A stretch of 64,000 nt of DNA from Phoronis australis (Eukaryota; Animalia; Phoronida), in assembly GCA_002633005.1 (NCBI GenBank), contig NMRA01000378.1, positions 1-64,000 of the forward strand, in the 5' to 3' direction. This document shows, one piece after another, positions 28,168-40,840 of the stretch; positions within the stretch are counted from its first letter, which is position 1; the number at the start of each line of letters is the position of its first letter. Made by a program: the position numbers and the translations under genes. The notes under the pieces are model-generated. The model ran no database searches, had not been told where the DNA came from, and saw only the letters and a program-made list of their open reading frames with translations.

Positions 28168-29491
28168 AGGCGAAGGCAACCTTTTTTCATGTCACTTTTA
28201 ACAAAAATAAGGTTCGTTGATTACCCCAGACACATTTTGCACTCAATTACAACTTTTCGTAATTTGATTAATTTCTCGCCCTCTACTCCGGAAGTGACGT
28301 TTTGGGAGGCAAGAGTTTCCCGCCAATTTCTTTTCATTATAGTCTGACTGTGAGAGCTGTCGAGTCAGTCACTGTTCTACCTCGTTTGTGATAAGTTCGG
28401 TCGTCGTTTGCTTTTTTTTACAAGTCAGTCAACATGCCACGCTGTTGCTGCGTGCCGGGATGTACTCATTATCGTCTCACACGCGCTTTGGGTACCTTGT
28501 GTCGCTTTCCGAAGGATGACACACTTCGCCGTACTTGGCTAGCTCGTTCATGTGAAGAACACAGCGCTACCCGTCCACGCAACGTACAAAGCAATGGAGG
28601 GTTATCGAGTGTGTGTGTGGCAAGAATTTTCTGCTGTCAGATTATGACAGATATGTACGCTGAATTGATGAAGGTCCCTGCGAAACAACGCCTGAAGAAG
28701 GGTACCATACCGTCGCTGTTGATTCCCGGCAGTGCCCCATCGCCAATCCCGAGAAGTGCGTTTTTGAAGCGAGAAACCTCGCGAGCTGTGGCGACTATAT
28801 ACAGTGACTGGAGGCACTTCATCTACCGTTACCCGTGCCTCCGAGCGTACACCATTGCGTGCAATTCCGGGAACTAGCAGTGATTGGCCCTGTGCTGTTT
28901 TCTCTAGCCCAGAGCCTGTAAGCAGCCCTGCATCGATGTTGAGTAGTGGGAGTGAATACAGGCCCAGTTCGACACCCAGTGAAGAGGACAGTTTGACAGC
29001 CAATGAACAGATCGGTGAGCCTAAGTTTGATAAGTTTATTGTGGACTTGTATTGGAGCTTTTGGAAGGTGCCAGGTGTGTGGTGCGGGAGTCACACGGCG
29101 GGATGTAAGCAGTTTGGGTGCTCAGATCACCCTCCAGTGGGAGTGTGTCGCGGGACACTCGGGCAAGTGGGACAGTTCTTCCTCTGTACGTGAGACGATA
29201 ATGGGTACACCCCAGTACGTAGCAACAGCGTGGCATGTTGACTGACTTGTAAACGACGACCGAACTTATCACAACCGAGGTAGAACAATGACTGACTCGA
29301 CTGCTCTCACAGTCAGACTATATGAAAAGAAATTGGCGCGAAATTCTTGCCTCCCAAAACGTCACTTCCGGCGTAGACGACGAGTAATTAATTAAATTAC
29401 AAAAAGCAGTGAATAAGTGAAAAATATGTGTGGAATAATCAACGAAACTTATTTTTGCTAAAAATGACATGAAAAAAGGTTGCCTTCGCCT
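28168..29491 (+). mobile_element. Non-autonomous Kolobok-like DNA transposon with THAP ORF (copy 2), nested in the P-like pseudogene
   Basis: TTAA|AGGCGAAGGCAACC...GGTTGCCTTCGCCT|TTAA with ~300-bp TIRs. THAP-like ORF 28434-28877 (MPRCCCVPGC...FPKD...W...LKKGTIPSL). Confidence 0.88.
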
Positions 29492-29669
29492 TTAAGAGCT
29501 TTTAATACCAGTGGTTTGAAACCTCCCGTCCGCAGAACATAGGGTCTGTAAGAGGCGCTAAACGCTTGTCCAACAAAGACCTGATCGCCACATGGCGAGT
29601 CAGTGAATTTCAGTATGGTTTCCAAAGCCATCTATTGTGCAATTTGCAAGAATGGGATGGGTGATTTCA

Positions 29670-30010
29670 AGTGGAACTTACACGTATCGCTGTGATTGCT
29701 TGGTCAAATTTGTTGGAAATGCACCATATAACAACAATGTGAATATGAAGTAGCCAGGTTGAAAATTGCCAAATGTTTTTAAGAACGAGTTCTGCGTACG
29801 AAAATAATCTGCCGTTAATCAATCAACCGTGTCCAGTAAGTATCGTGACCTGGTGTTGAAGAATAACACTGAGTGTATGATGCGGGTTGTGTGAACCCCC
29901 AAGGTACATCATTCGAGCAGCAGTCACCTATTCGTAGAATTTTTTGTTCTCACACTGACAAGTTGCCAATGAATACAGCTGCACTTTGTTTAGCGTGGAT
30001 GATGTTGCTG
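29670..30010 (+). repeat. Dispersed repeat, inverted partner of 31452-31795
   Basis: Shared blocks AAGTGGAACTT, GTGATTGCTTGGTCAAATT, TTGCCAAATGTTTTTAAG, TGATGCGGGTT and TGCACTTTGTTTAGCGT appear reverse-complemented at 31452-31795. Confidence 0.75.
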
Positions 30011-31451
30011 CTACACAAATACCATAGTTAGGAACGAACATGGAAATGCATGTTTAATTTCTCTTATCACCTATACCAGCTTTTCATGACCAAGCACGTA
30101 AAGTAATGAATGACATACTTCACAACATGTTTCCTGACTGCTGTCTCATTCTGTGTTAATGGTAACAGAATCTGGAAGGGAGTGGGCCTCAGTTCCATTT
30201 CCAGAAGCTTTGGTAGACCGGATCTTTACAGGTGCCTGCAATTTTTTAACAACAAATAAATATTACCCATAAATCAGGTCAATACATATGTGTATGAGTG
30301 TATATATATACACAGACACACACACATGCATGTGTGTGTGTGTGCACGCACATGTGTCTGTCTGTCTGTAAGTTTGTATGTATATACAAGCGACCTCGCT
30401 AAACTCGTCATCATGTAACTCGTCAGTCTGCATAAGCCCGGACTTTTTCTTGGTCCTGCTCACACGCCCATTCATTAAAAAGTTCACATTTAAGTCCTCG
30501 TTTTCGCTCAACTTGTAGCTTTAAAGCGGAACCTGTCCTGGCAAGTTGCATGCAACATTTTTACATAAGTCGCAACCAATGAACTTGTACTGTCATGGGC
30601 ATTTGCATCGGGACAGCTTGAGTTCAAGCAAAGTACTGCGCTTGTGACAAAAAATTTTGCAAAGAGCTGCCAATCAAAGCCAGACTTCATTCCTATCAAA
30701 AGAATTTTAAAGAATCAACTATTCATTTCATTCATATCACAGTCTCCAAAGCATCTACAACTGACGGCTAACCTCAGTGAATTTTCCATAGTAGAAGTAT
30801 AGGATAGTTTTAAAACCAGACTTAATGGCTCGCATCCCATTGCTACAGGCTTAAGTGCTATAGCTGAGATCTAAATCTTATTTGTTAAGCATGGATCAGC
30901 ACGATGAAACTCATCTTGTAAAGAGGTTAGCACACTATTAAGAGGGACATCACTCTGTGAGAAGGTCACTTTGAGCTAGATGCAGCCTGTTCCCATAACA
31001 TAACCAACCATCGCTATGGCTGCCCAGTCCTGTCTGTGTCCTCTTCCTGTAAGTGACGACTACACAAACGCATCTCTCCTCAGTGCAATTTCCCAACATC
31101 TCTTCATGTCATTATCTGTTGGAAACCTGTTCAGAAATGCAATACATAAAATTTTCAAAAAGTCGCATTGTGTTCGTCATCTCATCTGTCACAAAAACAT
31201 TACATAAAGACACCACAAAGTGATACAGCCCATCCACCTAAAGGTTTATATCACAATGGTGTAATTTGTGTGAAGCTTGGTGACAACACACCCTAATGAA
31301 GCCTGTATGCCAGAAGCTTTTTGGCAAATTATGCCTCACAATGAATAAATTATCTACGTCATGTTGTTTAAAGTCCCCTTACTGGTAAACATTGCATGCT
31401 CCAAACTACGTATGATAATCTATAGTGCAGGAACTAAACATCAATGTTATT

Positions 31452-31795
31452 GGAACATCATCTACGCTAAACAAAGTGCAGTTGTATTCATTGACAACTT
31501 GTATATGTGAAAACAAAAAAATTGCAAGTAGGTGACCTTTGCACTAATGACATACATGTACATTGGGGGTTCACATAACCCGCATCATGCAATGTTATTC
31601 CCCAACACCACATCACAAAACTTACTAGACACGGTTGAGCGATTTATGGTGGGTCATATTAGAGTAAAACACATCCTTAAAAACATTTGGCAATGTTCAA
31701 CCTAATTCATAATTACATGACCGTTACATGTGGTGTTGCTAGCTAATTTGACCAAGCAATCACAGAGATAAGGAATTAGCGTGCAAGTTCCACTT
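31452..31795 (-). repeat. Dispersed repeat, inverted partner of 29670-30010
   Basis: Reverse-complement similarity to 29670-30010 over about 340 bp. Confidence 0.75.
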
Positions 31796-32549
31796 TCACA
31801 AACTACATAAGAGACAATTTCACCTTAAATTGTGATTTGAGCACTAAGAAGAACCCTTAGTGCTATTTCACGCCTCGCTAATGGTACATGTAAGTTCATG
31901 TCACAGGCTTGAATTTGACTGTTCTCATGGACAGCGGTGGTCGCTTAATGCGAAGTGTTTCGAAGTACAAATCATGACGAACCTGTATATATTCATAGAT
32001 TTGTGAAGTCTACTAGTAGGCACTGCTGAGTGATCTGATCATGTACACGTATACCAGCTAGAAATAGAGTCACAGACACTAACTTATACTGACCTACCAC
32101 GTCTGAAGACGGTGCAATGCCGAACAACCAACAAGTTGTGACATAGCACATATGTTTATCCGGGCACAGTAAAACTTCTAGAACAGGTACAGGTTCAATG
32201 CAAGAGCCTGTAGGCTCTGGTTTTAGAGTTAGACTTAGTCCTTAGCCAGCCAGCTAGCTGTATGAAGACTATCGTCAAAGTACAGCTAGGTACAAAGGTG
32301 AAGTTAGGAAGGGGCCCGGCGACTCCCCCCTTGCCAACAACAAAAACAACGAAACAAACAAAAGAAAACCCCAGTATTAACATAAAATGACTGAAACTGC
32401 ATTGGACAATGAGTGGAGTTTTAGTTTATGTGTGCATGTGAGGGGTGAGGGGTCAGACCCAATTTCAAGGGGTCCAGCTAGTTCACACAACCGGCGCAAT
32501 CGTAACGGTAACTCTAGCTAAGTAATGCTGCTCCCAGTCAATATGGGTG

Positions 32550-33218
32550 TGATATCCCAGGCGACCCGCAGTGGCGCTGTGCACTACCACTGCACTGCCG
32601 TTGTCCGCCCCTGTGCAATCAAGGAAATTATTTCATTTTTCAAAGAAAACGGAAATCGAGTGACGATGAAGAAACAGAAGCTGTTGGTATTATGTAATAG
32701 AAGCCTCAGTGAATCACTGAGAAACTAATAATGCTCTCTTTGACAAACATTAAAATTAAGACGATTTGCAAAGCAATCGCGTAGTTAACGAATTTGATCT
32801 TTTTGGGCAACTTAAGACTGTTTTAAACACAACAATTTGGTATGAACTGATTATAAGCACATGTAATTTAAACATCATGAAACGAAGCAGGTTCGTGTGC
32901 AAACGCTATGGACCATAAACAAGTCTCATATCATATAGTGTTTTAGTTGGTGGCACAGTGGAAGAGCATGCGTGCTCTGACTAATAAGTCAGGAGTTCAA
33001 GTCCCTTCACTTTCCTAATAATATAGTAATTTTTATACATTCTCAGTGTTTTTTTTCTTTGACAATACTTCAGAAATCAAGGAAAATGCTTCTAGACAAA
33101 AACAAAATTCTCCAATGGGCGAGAGGGGAAACCCCCCTCCTCACCTACTCCCATTCGCTACCTTGCGCGAGGCAAAATGTTGGGCCCCTCCTTATATGAT
33201 ATCCTAGATTCCCCACTG
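32550..33218 (+). mobile_element. Non-autonomous repeat family with internal tRNA-like segment (copy A)
   Basis: GATATCCCAGGCGACC...GATATCCTAGATTCCCCACTG, homologous to 34538-35170 and reverse 58798-59535. A/B-box-like TGGCACAGTGG...GTTCAAGTCC at ~32950-33005. Confidence 0.7.
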
Positions 33219-34378
33219 AGGTACCACTGTGTGTTGACCTCCGTTTGTTAAACACCGAATTCCCAAACTGCCCTGGTAGTTCTACTTGTCACCTCGTCTT
33301 GAAAGTTGACTTTGCTATGCCAAGCAGCTCCTAGCTTTCAAGGCCGCAGTCGCCGACAGGCAACGCCCTGAATGTCGAACCATTTCACCAACCAACCAAC
33401 CGAAGTCGAAGGCCGGAAGGGCTATAGGCCTTTACATCATTTTGCCTCAGTAGCCAGGTCGCCGGGGTTAGATCACTGTACTGTATACTATACGGTGCAT
33501 AGGTAACACATAGCCCCTTGGCTGGCTGGCAGCGTATCCAGGCACAGTCAATATATTGCAAAGGCCATGGCAAAGCATGTACAATGCAACGGTAAACCGT
33601 ACTGCCGTTTCGACTGGCCGGCCGCTACCGGCCGTGTCTTAGACTTAGTAAGTAGACTGCCTTACGTCTCTGGAACAACGCCAATGGAAACAGCAAGTGT
33701 GAAGTGACAAGTTTTAACACATTATGCTTACATGTGAAACGTTAACCCTGTTGCCTTGAAGTTCGCCTGCTGCAGCACAGTGTTGTGGATAAGCAACTCC
33801 CAGGCTCAATCGCGACAGGATTTTGACTACTCGACCGCTTGAATGGTGACGATTCAGTTTTTATTACATTCAAAAGATGTCGCTCCGCACGCAGAGAGCA
33901 AACTTTCGCTCAACTTGTACATGTAACTGAACCAGCATACTCACAGGGCTAGGGTGTGTCAGTTTATCCCAAGTCTTAGTCTGATCTTAAGAACGATCGT
34001 CAGTAATTTCCATTCGATATGCAAACCAGTGAACGTTGAGAATTGTGCCCTATGCCACGGACCTGGATATTTAAGTTATTGTGCTGCGAGCTGCCGCCGT
34101 AGGCTGCATTCCGGCTTATTCGCCGTCGGCATTCACAGCGTTCTGTCGTGAGTAACTTTACAGACGCATAGGCAGATTTGGGCCCCGGCCCCCTTTAGAC
34201 CGACTTCATGGGTATCATTTTACTATCAGTACTCCGGGGGTACTGAGTTTAAGCAGTGAGACCATGAGCACACCCATGACGCCTAGTAGTGGCCGGGGGG
34301 GGCTCAAATTTTTCAGAATCAGACTATGAGGACCCTTGAATCACGGCCGGGTTACGTTCAGAGCTATATGAGTTATGC

Positions 34379-35170
34379 CATAGGCGGATTTAGGGGGTGC
34401 CAGGGGGCTCGGAACCCCCCCCCCCTTCGCTGCCGCAAAAAAATTAAAACAGAAGAGCGTAGGGAAATGTTGAATTTATNGGAACTCGGCGCATTCGTAA
34501 CGGAACTAATATATGGCTAAGTATAATCTCTCCCGCGATATCCCAGGCGACCGGCAGTGGCTTTGCGCACTACGACTCCGTTTCCGTCGTCTGCTCCACT
34601 GTGCAATGAAGAAAATTAAATCATTTTTTAAGGAAAATGGATCCTGAGTGACTATCATGAAAAAACAGAAACTGCTGGTAAGATGTGAATTTTAATCGAA
34701 GCCTTGGTAAATCACTCAGAAACTCATAATTCTCTCTTTGTCGAACCTTAACTTAAGACGATTTCCAAAGCAATCCAGTCATTATTGCCAACACGAAAAA
34801 CGGATTTGGTCTTTTGGGCATTTGAAGACTATTTTAAATACAACAAATTTGTTAAGAACCGATTGCACAAAATATAAAACGTATAATAAGCATTACAAAG
34901 AGAAGTAGGTTTCGCGCGCAAACGCTGTGACTATAAACAGCACAAGATTAGTAGGTCAATCGTGGTGGTGTAGTGGTAAAGCACGCGCACTTTATCCGCC
35001 AGTTCGTGAGTTCGAGTAAAATACTATGTTGTACGTGCGGTTTTTCCTGTTTGATACGTTCTCCTTTTTTATTTTCTTGCCTTGTTTTCTTGGATATTTC
35101 AGGAATCAAGGAAAATGCTTGATTTTTAGAGGAAAAAATAGAAAAATTTCCTAGGCGGGAGGGGGCAAAT
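34379..35170 (+). mobile_element. Same repeat family (copy B)
   Basis: Starts CATAGGCGGATTTAGGGGG. The body is nearly identical to the reverse complement of ~58900-59535. Confidence 0.7.
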
Positions 35171-36789
35171 AAGACTGATTTTAATAGAAGAAGCATTTAT
35201 TAGCCGCCCTTGAAATTTTAGTATCGATAAGAGAAATTGGCGAATAGAATTTCATCGACAGCACGTCCAAGCCATGGGCACCACTGAGATTACACTGCTG
35301 GCTATGTAGGCACTTCCAAACTCCCGCCATGCTAAGTTCATTGGCTGGCGGGTACACTGCGTGCTCGAACGATCTCCCCATTTGTCGACGTGGGCAAAAT
35401 GGTCCGCCAGAAACAAAAAATCCGTGGAAGGGACTCACTGAAAAGTCCACTAAAAAGACAGGAACTGCCAAATTCAGTCACTACGTACTCTGAATGTAGG
35501 CCTATCTCGCTTTTTTGGCAAAAGGTCCACATTCCCCTAAAATTCGAGCCCCCACTTTTTAGGCTTGGTACGCGCATGGAGTATGTAGCATGTTTATGCA
35601 ACGATCATTGGCCGACTTGGCCTGCAGTTATAGCCAATATCTTCCAGTGGGTGCTTGGCTGTACATTTTGGCGTAGTATGACGTTGCAATCAGATTGACG
35701 AGGGCGCCATCCGGCAAAAGCGGGCGACATTGACTGCAAAGTTTACCGGATGAGGTATTTTTCGTTTACGTCATCATTTGTATTGACGTGGAATATTCGT
35801 TGATCGAGTTAAGAGACAGAATCTTAATATAATATCTGTGGTTTCGTATTGTTCAGCAACTCAAGTTTCATGACCAGGCACTTGCTGACTTCCTGTTATT
35901 TCAAGATTTAAGCTAACGGTATCGGGCATACGAGCTGAGGCACCTAGACATAAAATTCTCGTAAAGTGTGCCCTGAAACTGCTGGCTTAAATTACGGAGT
36001 CGCGCACTCTCGCATTTATTAGGTGACAAGGGTTGCAAGCCCTCATTTCAAACGTACATGTATTTGGCGCAACATATTGGTAGATTCTTGCATACATGTA
36101 GGCTATTATAACATTTAAGGCTTCTTCCATAAAATGCACGATTCCAACTGATCACGGATGAACAGTTTTATTTTAGCTGAGCGGTGATGACCAGAAAACA
36201 TAAGTTGCTTTGTGATTCAAAATTCGGAATGTGCATCAGCGTTTTCGTCTGTCGGATTTCTTAAAGGAGACAGACAGACTTGAAAACTTCCTTCACGAAG
36301 AACAATCACGGGGCTCTCGCGCTTTTACCTCAGGTGATTTGCGCAACGGGTCTCATAACGGGCCTATGAGGCCTGCTGTCTGATGAACCGCACTGATTTT
36401 TTTTAGTGTTTTTGTCTCGGAATCAGCTGAACGACCAAACAAATACTGACTACGACCACCTCTCCGACCATATGGACTTATTTCATTTGGCACGGGTTAG
36501 CAATCGTTGAACATTTAGAAATGTTACTTTCCATGGTTTATTTCTTAAGACAAAGTAATGACATTCAAGTATTTGAATCAATTTCAGTTATCAGCTACAC
36601 CGGGCTTACCTGTAGATCAGTTCCCATTGTCACCTCGAGGCGACAACTGTGTCTAAGCGGCTAGAACAGTTCTGCTAAAGAGGGCAGCACTTAGCTTCAT
36701 TTATAACAACAACAATCGAATGAACAAGAATTATTATTATTTATATCAAACAGATAACAAATGTACAAGCACAAATGTCCGTCGCTGAC

Positions 36790-36820
36790 AGACACATAAA
36801 TATTATAAATAAATTAATCG
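36790..36820 (-). promoter_or_regulatory. AU-rich element cluster in putative Fos 3'UTR
   Basis: The minus strand reads TTAATTTATTTATAATATTTATG (overlapping ATTTA) about 1 kb past the stop codon. Confidence 0.45.
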
Positions 36821-37802
36821 TTATAAAAATATAAACTTTAAAAAACGAAATACATACAACAACACGGCAGATCTGACGGTTGGTGACTTATACCGTCCTA
36901 AGCTTAGAGTTGTCTACGATAAATACTGGCATGCGACAGGTGTAAGCTGGGCCTACAAGTGAGTGGTGACAAGGTCCGTGTCGAAACTGACGAATGGCAT
37001 ATTACAAGTACATGTATGGGGGCCGGGCGACAACATCTCTTAATTTAGCACAAGGATCACAATCTTAGCGTGAAAATCAGAACCAATAATTCAAAAATTG
37101 CACCAGTAACAATAACGAGATCCCGTCTGCAGAGGGAATCCGTCAGATTTCCGAAATTCGTTGAGACGATCCCGCGGAAATGTCCACCAGAGCCACTTTA
37201 CATGTACCGCTTGAAGTTTGTCAGTCAGACATTGGTTTCAGAGTAACTGATTCAGTGAAATCAAAAATGTGTTACAAAAACCTATTAGAAATTTATAATT
37301 TCAGATTTAGTTCATAAGATGAAGTGTATACGCAAATTAGTTCACGGCATCAAAACAGTCCTTGTGATCAAACTGAATTTACACTGCACCTTACATGCCA
37401 CTTGCAGAGCCAGCAGGTCAAATGAAATGATAATTTACAACAATCAGAACCAGAGATTTCTCAAAAACTAGATTTCTACCACATAACTCTTTTCAAGACT
37501 CCGCGTACACAAAAACGATAACATCACTGACACGCCTATACATACAGTGTTAAAACCAACTTGTGAAACGCACTTCACTGACACCAACGCCTAACTTGGA
37601 AAAAACAAGGTTACTAAGCGGTGTCAACAAACGAATTTCGCCAGTGTTTAGTTCTAAATAACGTTAGAACGGCTAAGCAAACTTTATGTCTCGCTTGAAC
37701 AATAGAGATAGTCAAAACGAATGGAAGACAAACTAAATCAACAACTGGCAAAAGCAAGTATTGCATCTTTCATTACTTAAATCCTAAATAGTTGCCGCGC
37801 TA

Positions 37803-40424
37803 TTACAGCGAAATGAGAGTTGGCGAATTCAGCACATCTGGGCTACTATCGCTAGAATTCCTCTGCTGGGCCGAACACGTCGGTGTCAGACCTGTGCGCA
37901 TTAAACCCTCACTCATGGGAGTTAGGCCAGTCCTGCCCTCAAGGGAGTCAAGACCAAACGAAAACATGCCACTGGACGGCGTAGTGATGGGAACTCCGAT
38001 CTCCGAGCTAGGGTCAATGGGCTCTTGCTTAACGACGACCGGCTTTAGGATGGGAAGAGACTGTGGACGGCTAGGTTTGTCTTCATCGTCAGCGTTCATC
38101 TTCTCAGGTGCCTTGCACATAGGCTTGTGCGCTTGAAGGAGGAACTCCAATTGTTCTTTCTGTTGCTGTAGCGTCTTTATTTGCAACTCCAGACTGCTCG
38201 TTTCCTCTTCTAGCTCCTCAGTTTCCTGTAAGGATTTAAATATTGGCATTGGAGTTATTCGGTTATTACATGAACGGTGTCATTAGATAAAAATAAAAAT
38301 AAATGAGAATTGGACAAACATAAAAACACTCTAACATTTCTACCTAATTGTTTGCTCGAATATTCAAATATGAAAACACTAAAATGTCTTCTTATTGTAA
38401 ACATATTTGGTTCAAGAGAAATAGAATGTTGACCGTCTCATTAGTTTAATTCATTTGATGCACTCAAATATCGAGCAAACACTACAACCAATTACCAACC
38501 TAACAAATTATGACAGCAAACGTGAATATCTTGTCAAAAAAGACGTAGCAGTAATTTGACAGCAACATCAATGAATATCATATGAGCAAGAAAAAGGAGG
38601 ACTCACGTTTATTAGCTCGTTAGTATGGTCTACACGTCTTTGGCGACATTTGGCGGCCGCCATCTTATTGCGTTCACGGCGAATTTGTCTACGCCTCAGT
38701 TCTTCTGGGCTCAGGCGCTGGAAAAATATAAGACCATTCAGAAACTTAAAACAACATTAATCACTTTAAATAAAAAATTAGGACAACTAAAATTCACACC
38801 CAGTAATGAGGGAGGGAAGACCGAGGAGGTCAGTCTGAGGTCAACATCCGACCATTACCGGAAGTCATTGCCGAGTTCAAAGAGTCAACCGGTACACTAT
38901 TGTTTACACCGATGTTTACGGGGGCAGCCTTGTTGTGAACACCGGAATGTTTGTTTACCTTGGGTTACAAAGTACAGGCTGGAATTTCCAGGAAGATTGC
39001 GTAAGGTTCATTTCATCTAACGAGTCATCGACGTTCATAACATCCGACTGCGAATTAAAAATACACGTACTTTCACGTTCCTGGCCCGCAGTAAGGCGAA
39101 CAAGACAGTTGAGATTCAAATTGGACCGATTTTTTAAATTTGATTCGTTTTTAAAAGTCAGGACCTTTGATCACGGTATAAAAATGACTCAAAAAATCGC
39201 GTGTCCTTGCAATTTCGAACAATAATCACCGGTGTTTTTAATCGATGACTTCCAAAAAGTAGTGGTCATAAGAGCACCCACATTTGTAAGAACTCAAGTT
39301 GTTCGCTACAAATTTATGCGTTTGTTGAAAAATCAAAACAATGTAAAATATCGAAACACCTGGTTTAACTTCAATTCCATACATTTCGAAAACCAATAGA
39401 AGTGGTAAAAAGTATTCAGTCACTTAAATTGGCACTGACATGGTGGATTAAGAGAATTTCATAAAAACTTACTGGATCGTCCTTAGATCTCCTTCCACCA
39501 CCCCTGCGCGGAGCAGGCGCCGGGACTTCGTAAGGGTTGACGGAGAAAGTCGGACGACTAGCGGGCTTCCTTCTTGAAGTTGTCAAAGGTACCCACTCTG
39601 GGTCATTGTCATCCATACGTGACACTGGATCAATAACTGGCGGCACGAAGCCGCTACGAGTGCGTGGCACGGTCAAATCTTGGGCAACAGGCATGTCGAA
39701 AGTGCGCTCCAGACTGGCGAGTGTCGTCGGCGTCAAGGTGGGCGTGGATAAAGTGGAGATTACACTGAACTGCTGAAAAAGAATATAGCGTCATATATCA
39801 ATGCAATAAATAAGCACTGGAATTTTTATTGCCTCTTCACGTGGTTTGCAAACAATACAACTGCGTATTATGAAAGCGCGATGGATGGAATGACCGTTGA
39901 ACCCGCATAGTAATGGCATGCGACAGTTTGACCTAGTTCAATACTAACTGCCCAGCTGGCTTGTGTGCATGCATGTAACACAGCGCGAAGCAACAACATA
40001 CTAAATTTCTATAGCATCAGCGTAAATTATCTCAACTTAACGAGTATGAATGAAATAGCATTAAATATGCCAGTACGTGTTAATATTTCCTATGGTGTAG
40101 GATTTCAACGGACTTAAAATTGGTAGTAGATATTTCTTTGTTAGCGCCATGTTGGAAATCGTCCAAGTGAGCGAAGAATTCAGTTGGATGCAAGTGCGCC
40201 AACAACACTCGCCCGCACAACAGTAAAACTCCAGTAGACTATTTTGTAACAAGAACAGTATACATAAAATGTCCAACGGTGCAGAAAGACAGACGACAGA
40301 ACAAGGGCAGAAATCGTGTAATACTCACTGTCGGTGTAATAGGTTGTCCGTTCGCCATGCTTGATAAAATATCTGCCACAGTATACTTGGAGTCGGCGTA
40401 AGTGACTGGATCCATTTTGTACAT
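37803..40424 (-). CDS. fos: Fos-family bZIP transcription factor (4 coding exons)
   Basis: Exon 40424-40329 encodes MYKMDP...ITPT. Exon 39772-39473 encodes [20 protein letters not shown]...SGFVPP. Exon 38717-38607 encodes [37 protein letters not shown]. Exon 38225-37803 encodes ETEELEEE...[16 protein letters not shown]...SPTLISL*, the Fos C-terminal signature. All introns are GT-AG phase 0. Confidence 0.95.
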
Positions 40425-40519
40425 TACTTGCTTGCGTCTATCTCCTAAAATCTTCAACTTCAAACAACTTCCGCCGGTAAAGAATTTTCAGGTCAACTAT
40501 GGAAATCTCTCTCTAGTCG

Positions 40520-40840
40520 TAATGACTCACTCTCTGACTTAGGGTTTACCTCTACTCGGAGACTGGGGAAGCTTATATATTAAATGATTCACTCCGTGGC
40601 TGGTTATTTTTAGGCTATGCGTCATACCTGAAAATAGGGGTCACGTGGCGCCGTTTTCTGTGTTGTGATTGGAGAACGTGATCAAGCTTATTGTAATCAA
40701 TCTGGCTATTTTGAGATAACCTCTGTGTTGTTGCCAGGGCTTATGACGTCAGTCAGTCCACAGCTGTAAATAGCAATGCATTCAATGAATTCCCTACGTA
40801 ATGACATTCCGCGCAATAAACAAATCATCCGTATAAGGAA
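40520..40840 (-). promoter_or_regulatory. Fos immediate-early promoter
   Basis: TATATAAG (minus, 40572-40579), CRE-like TGACGCA 40618-40624, E-box CACGTG 40642-40647, CCAAT ~40668, full CRE TGACGTCA 40744-40751, CArG-like CCTTATACGG 40829-40838 and AP-1 TGAGTCA 40523-40529. Confidence 0.7.

Larger units (their letters stand above)
25290..34117 (-). pseudogene. Decayed, intron-containing P-element/THAP9-like transposase
   Basis: Colinear minus-strand fragments: ~34117-34045 (AAYGGSSQHNNLNIQVRGI, THAP start), 31126-~31010 (FPTDNDMKRCWEIALRR/LCSRHLQEEDTDRTGQ), 30235-30119 (APVKIRSTKAS), 27594-27409 (RIEELEKQLRNTKDRERQ/TLRNVVTVLREKNL), ~26288-26190 (DVPVHF...ELHFHRSKA), ~25702-25650 (WISSVDSKLGLN) and ~25630-25290 (GFVDL*DG...ASEALVFMLADLKSHWKA...LTMDGHATNVSM). 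Contains stops and frameshifts. Confidence 0.8.

Noticed and set aside
38625-39020. Plus-strand 131-aa ORF (also 37792-38136 and 39537-39776)
   Set aside because: Antisense shadows of Fos exons with no independent motifs.
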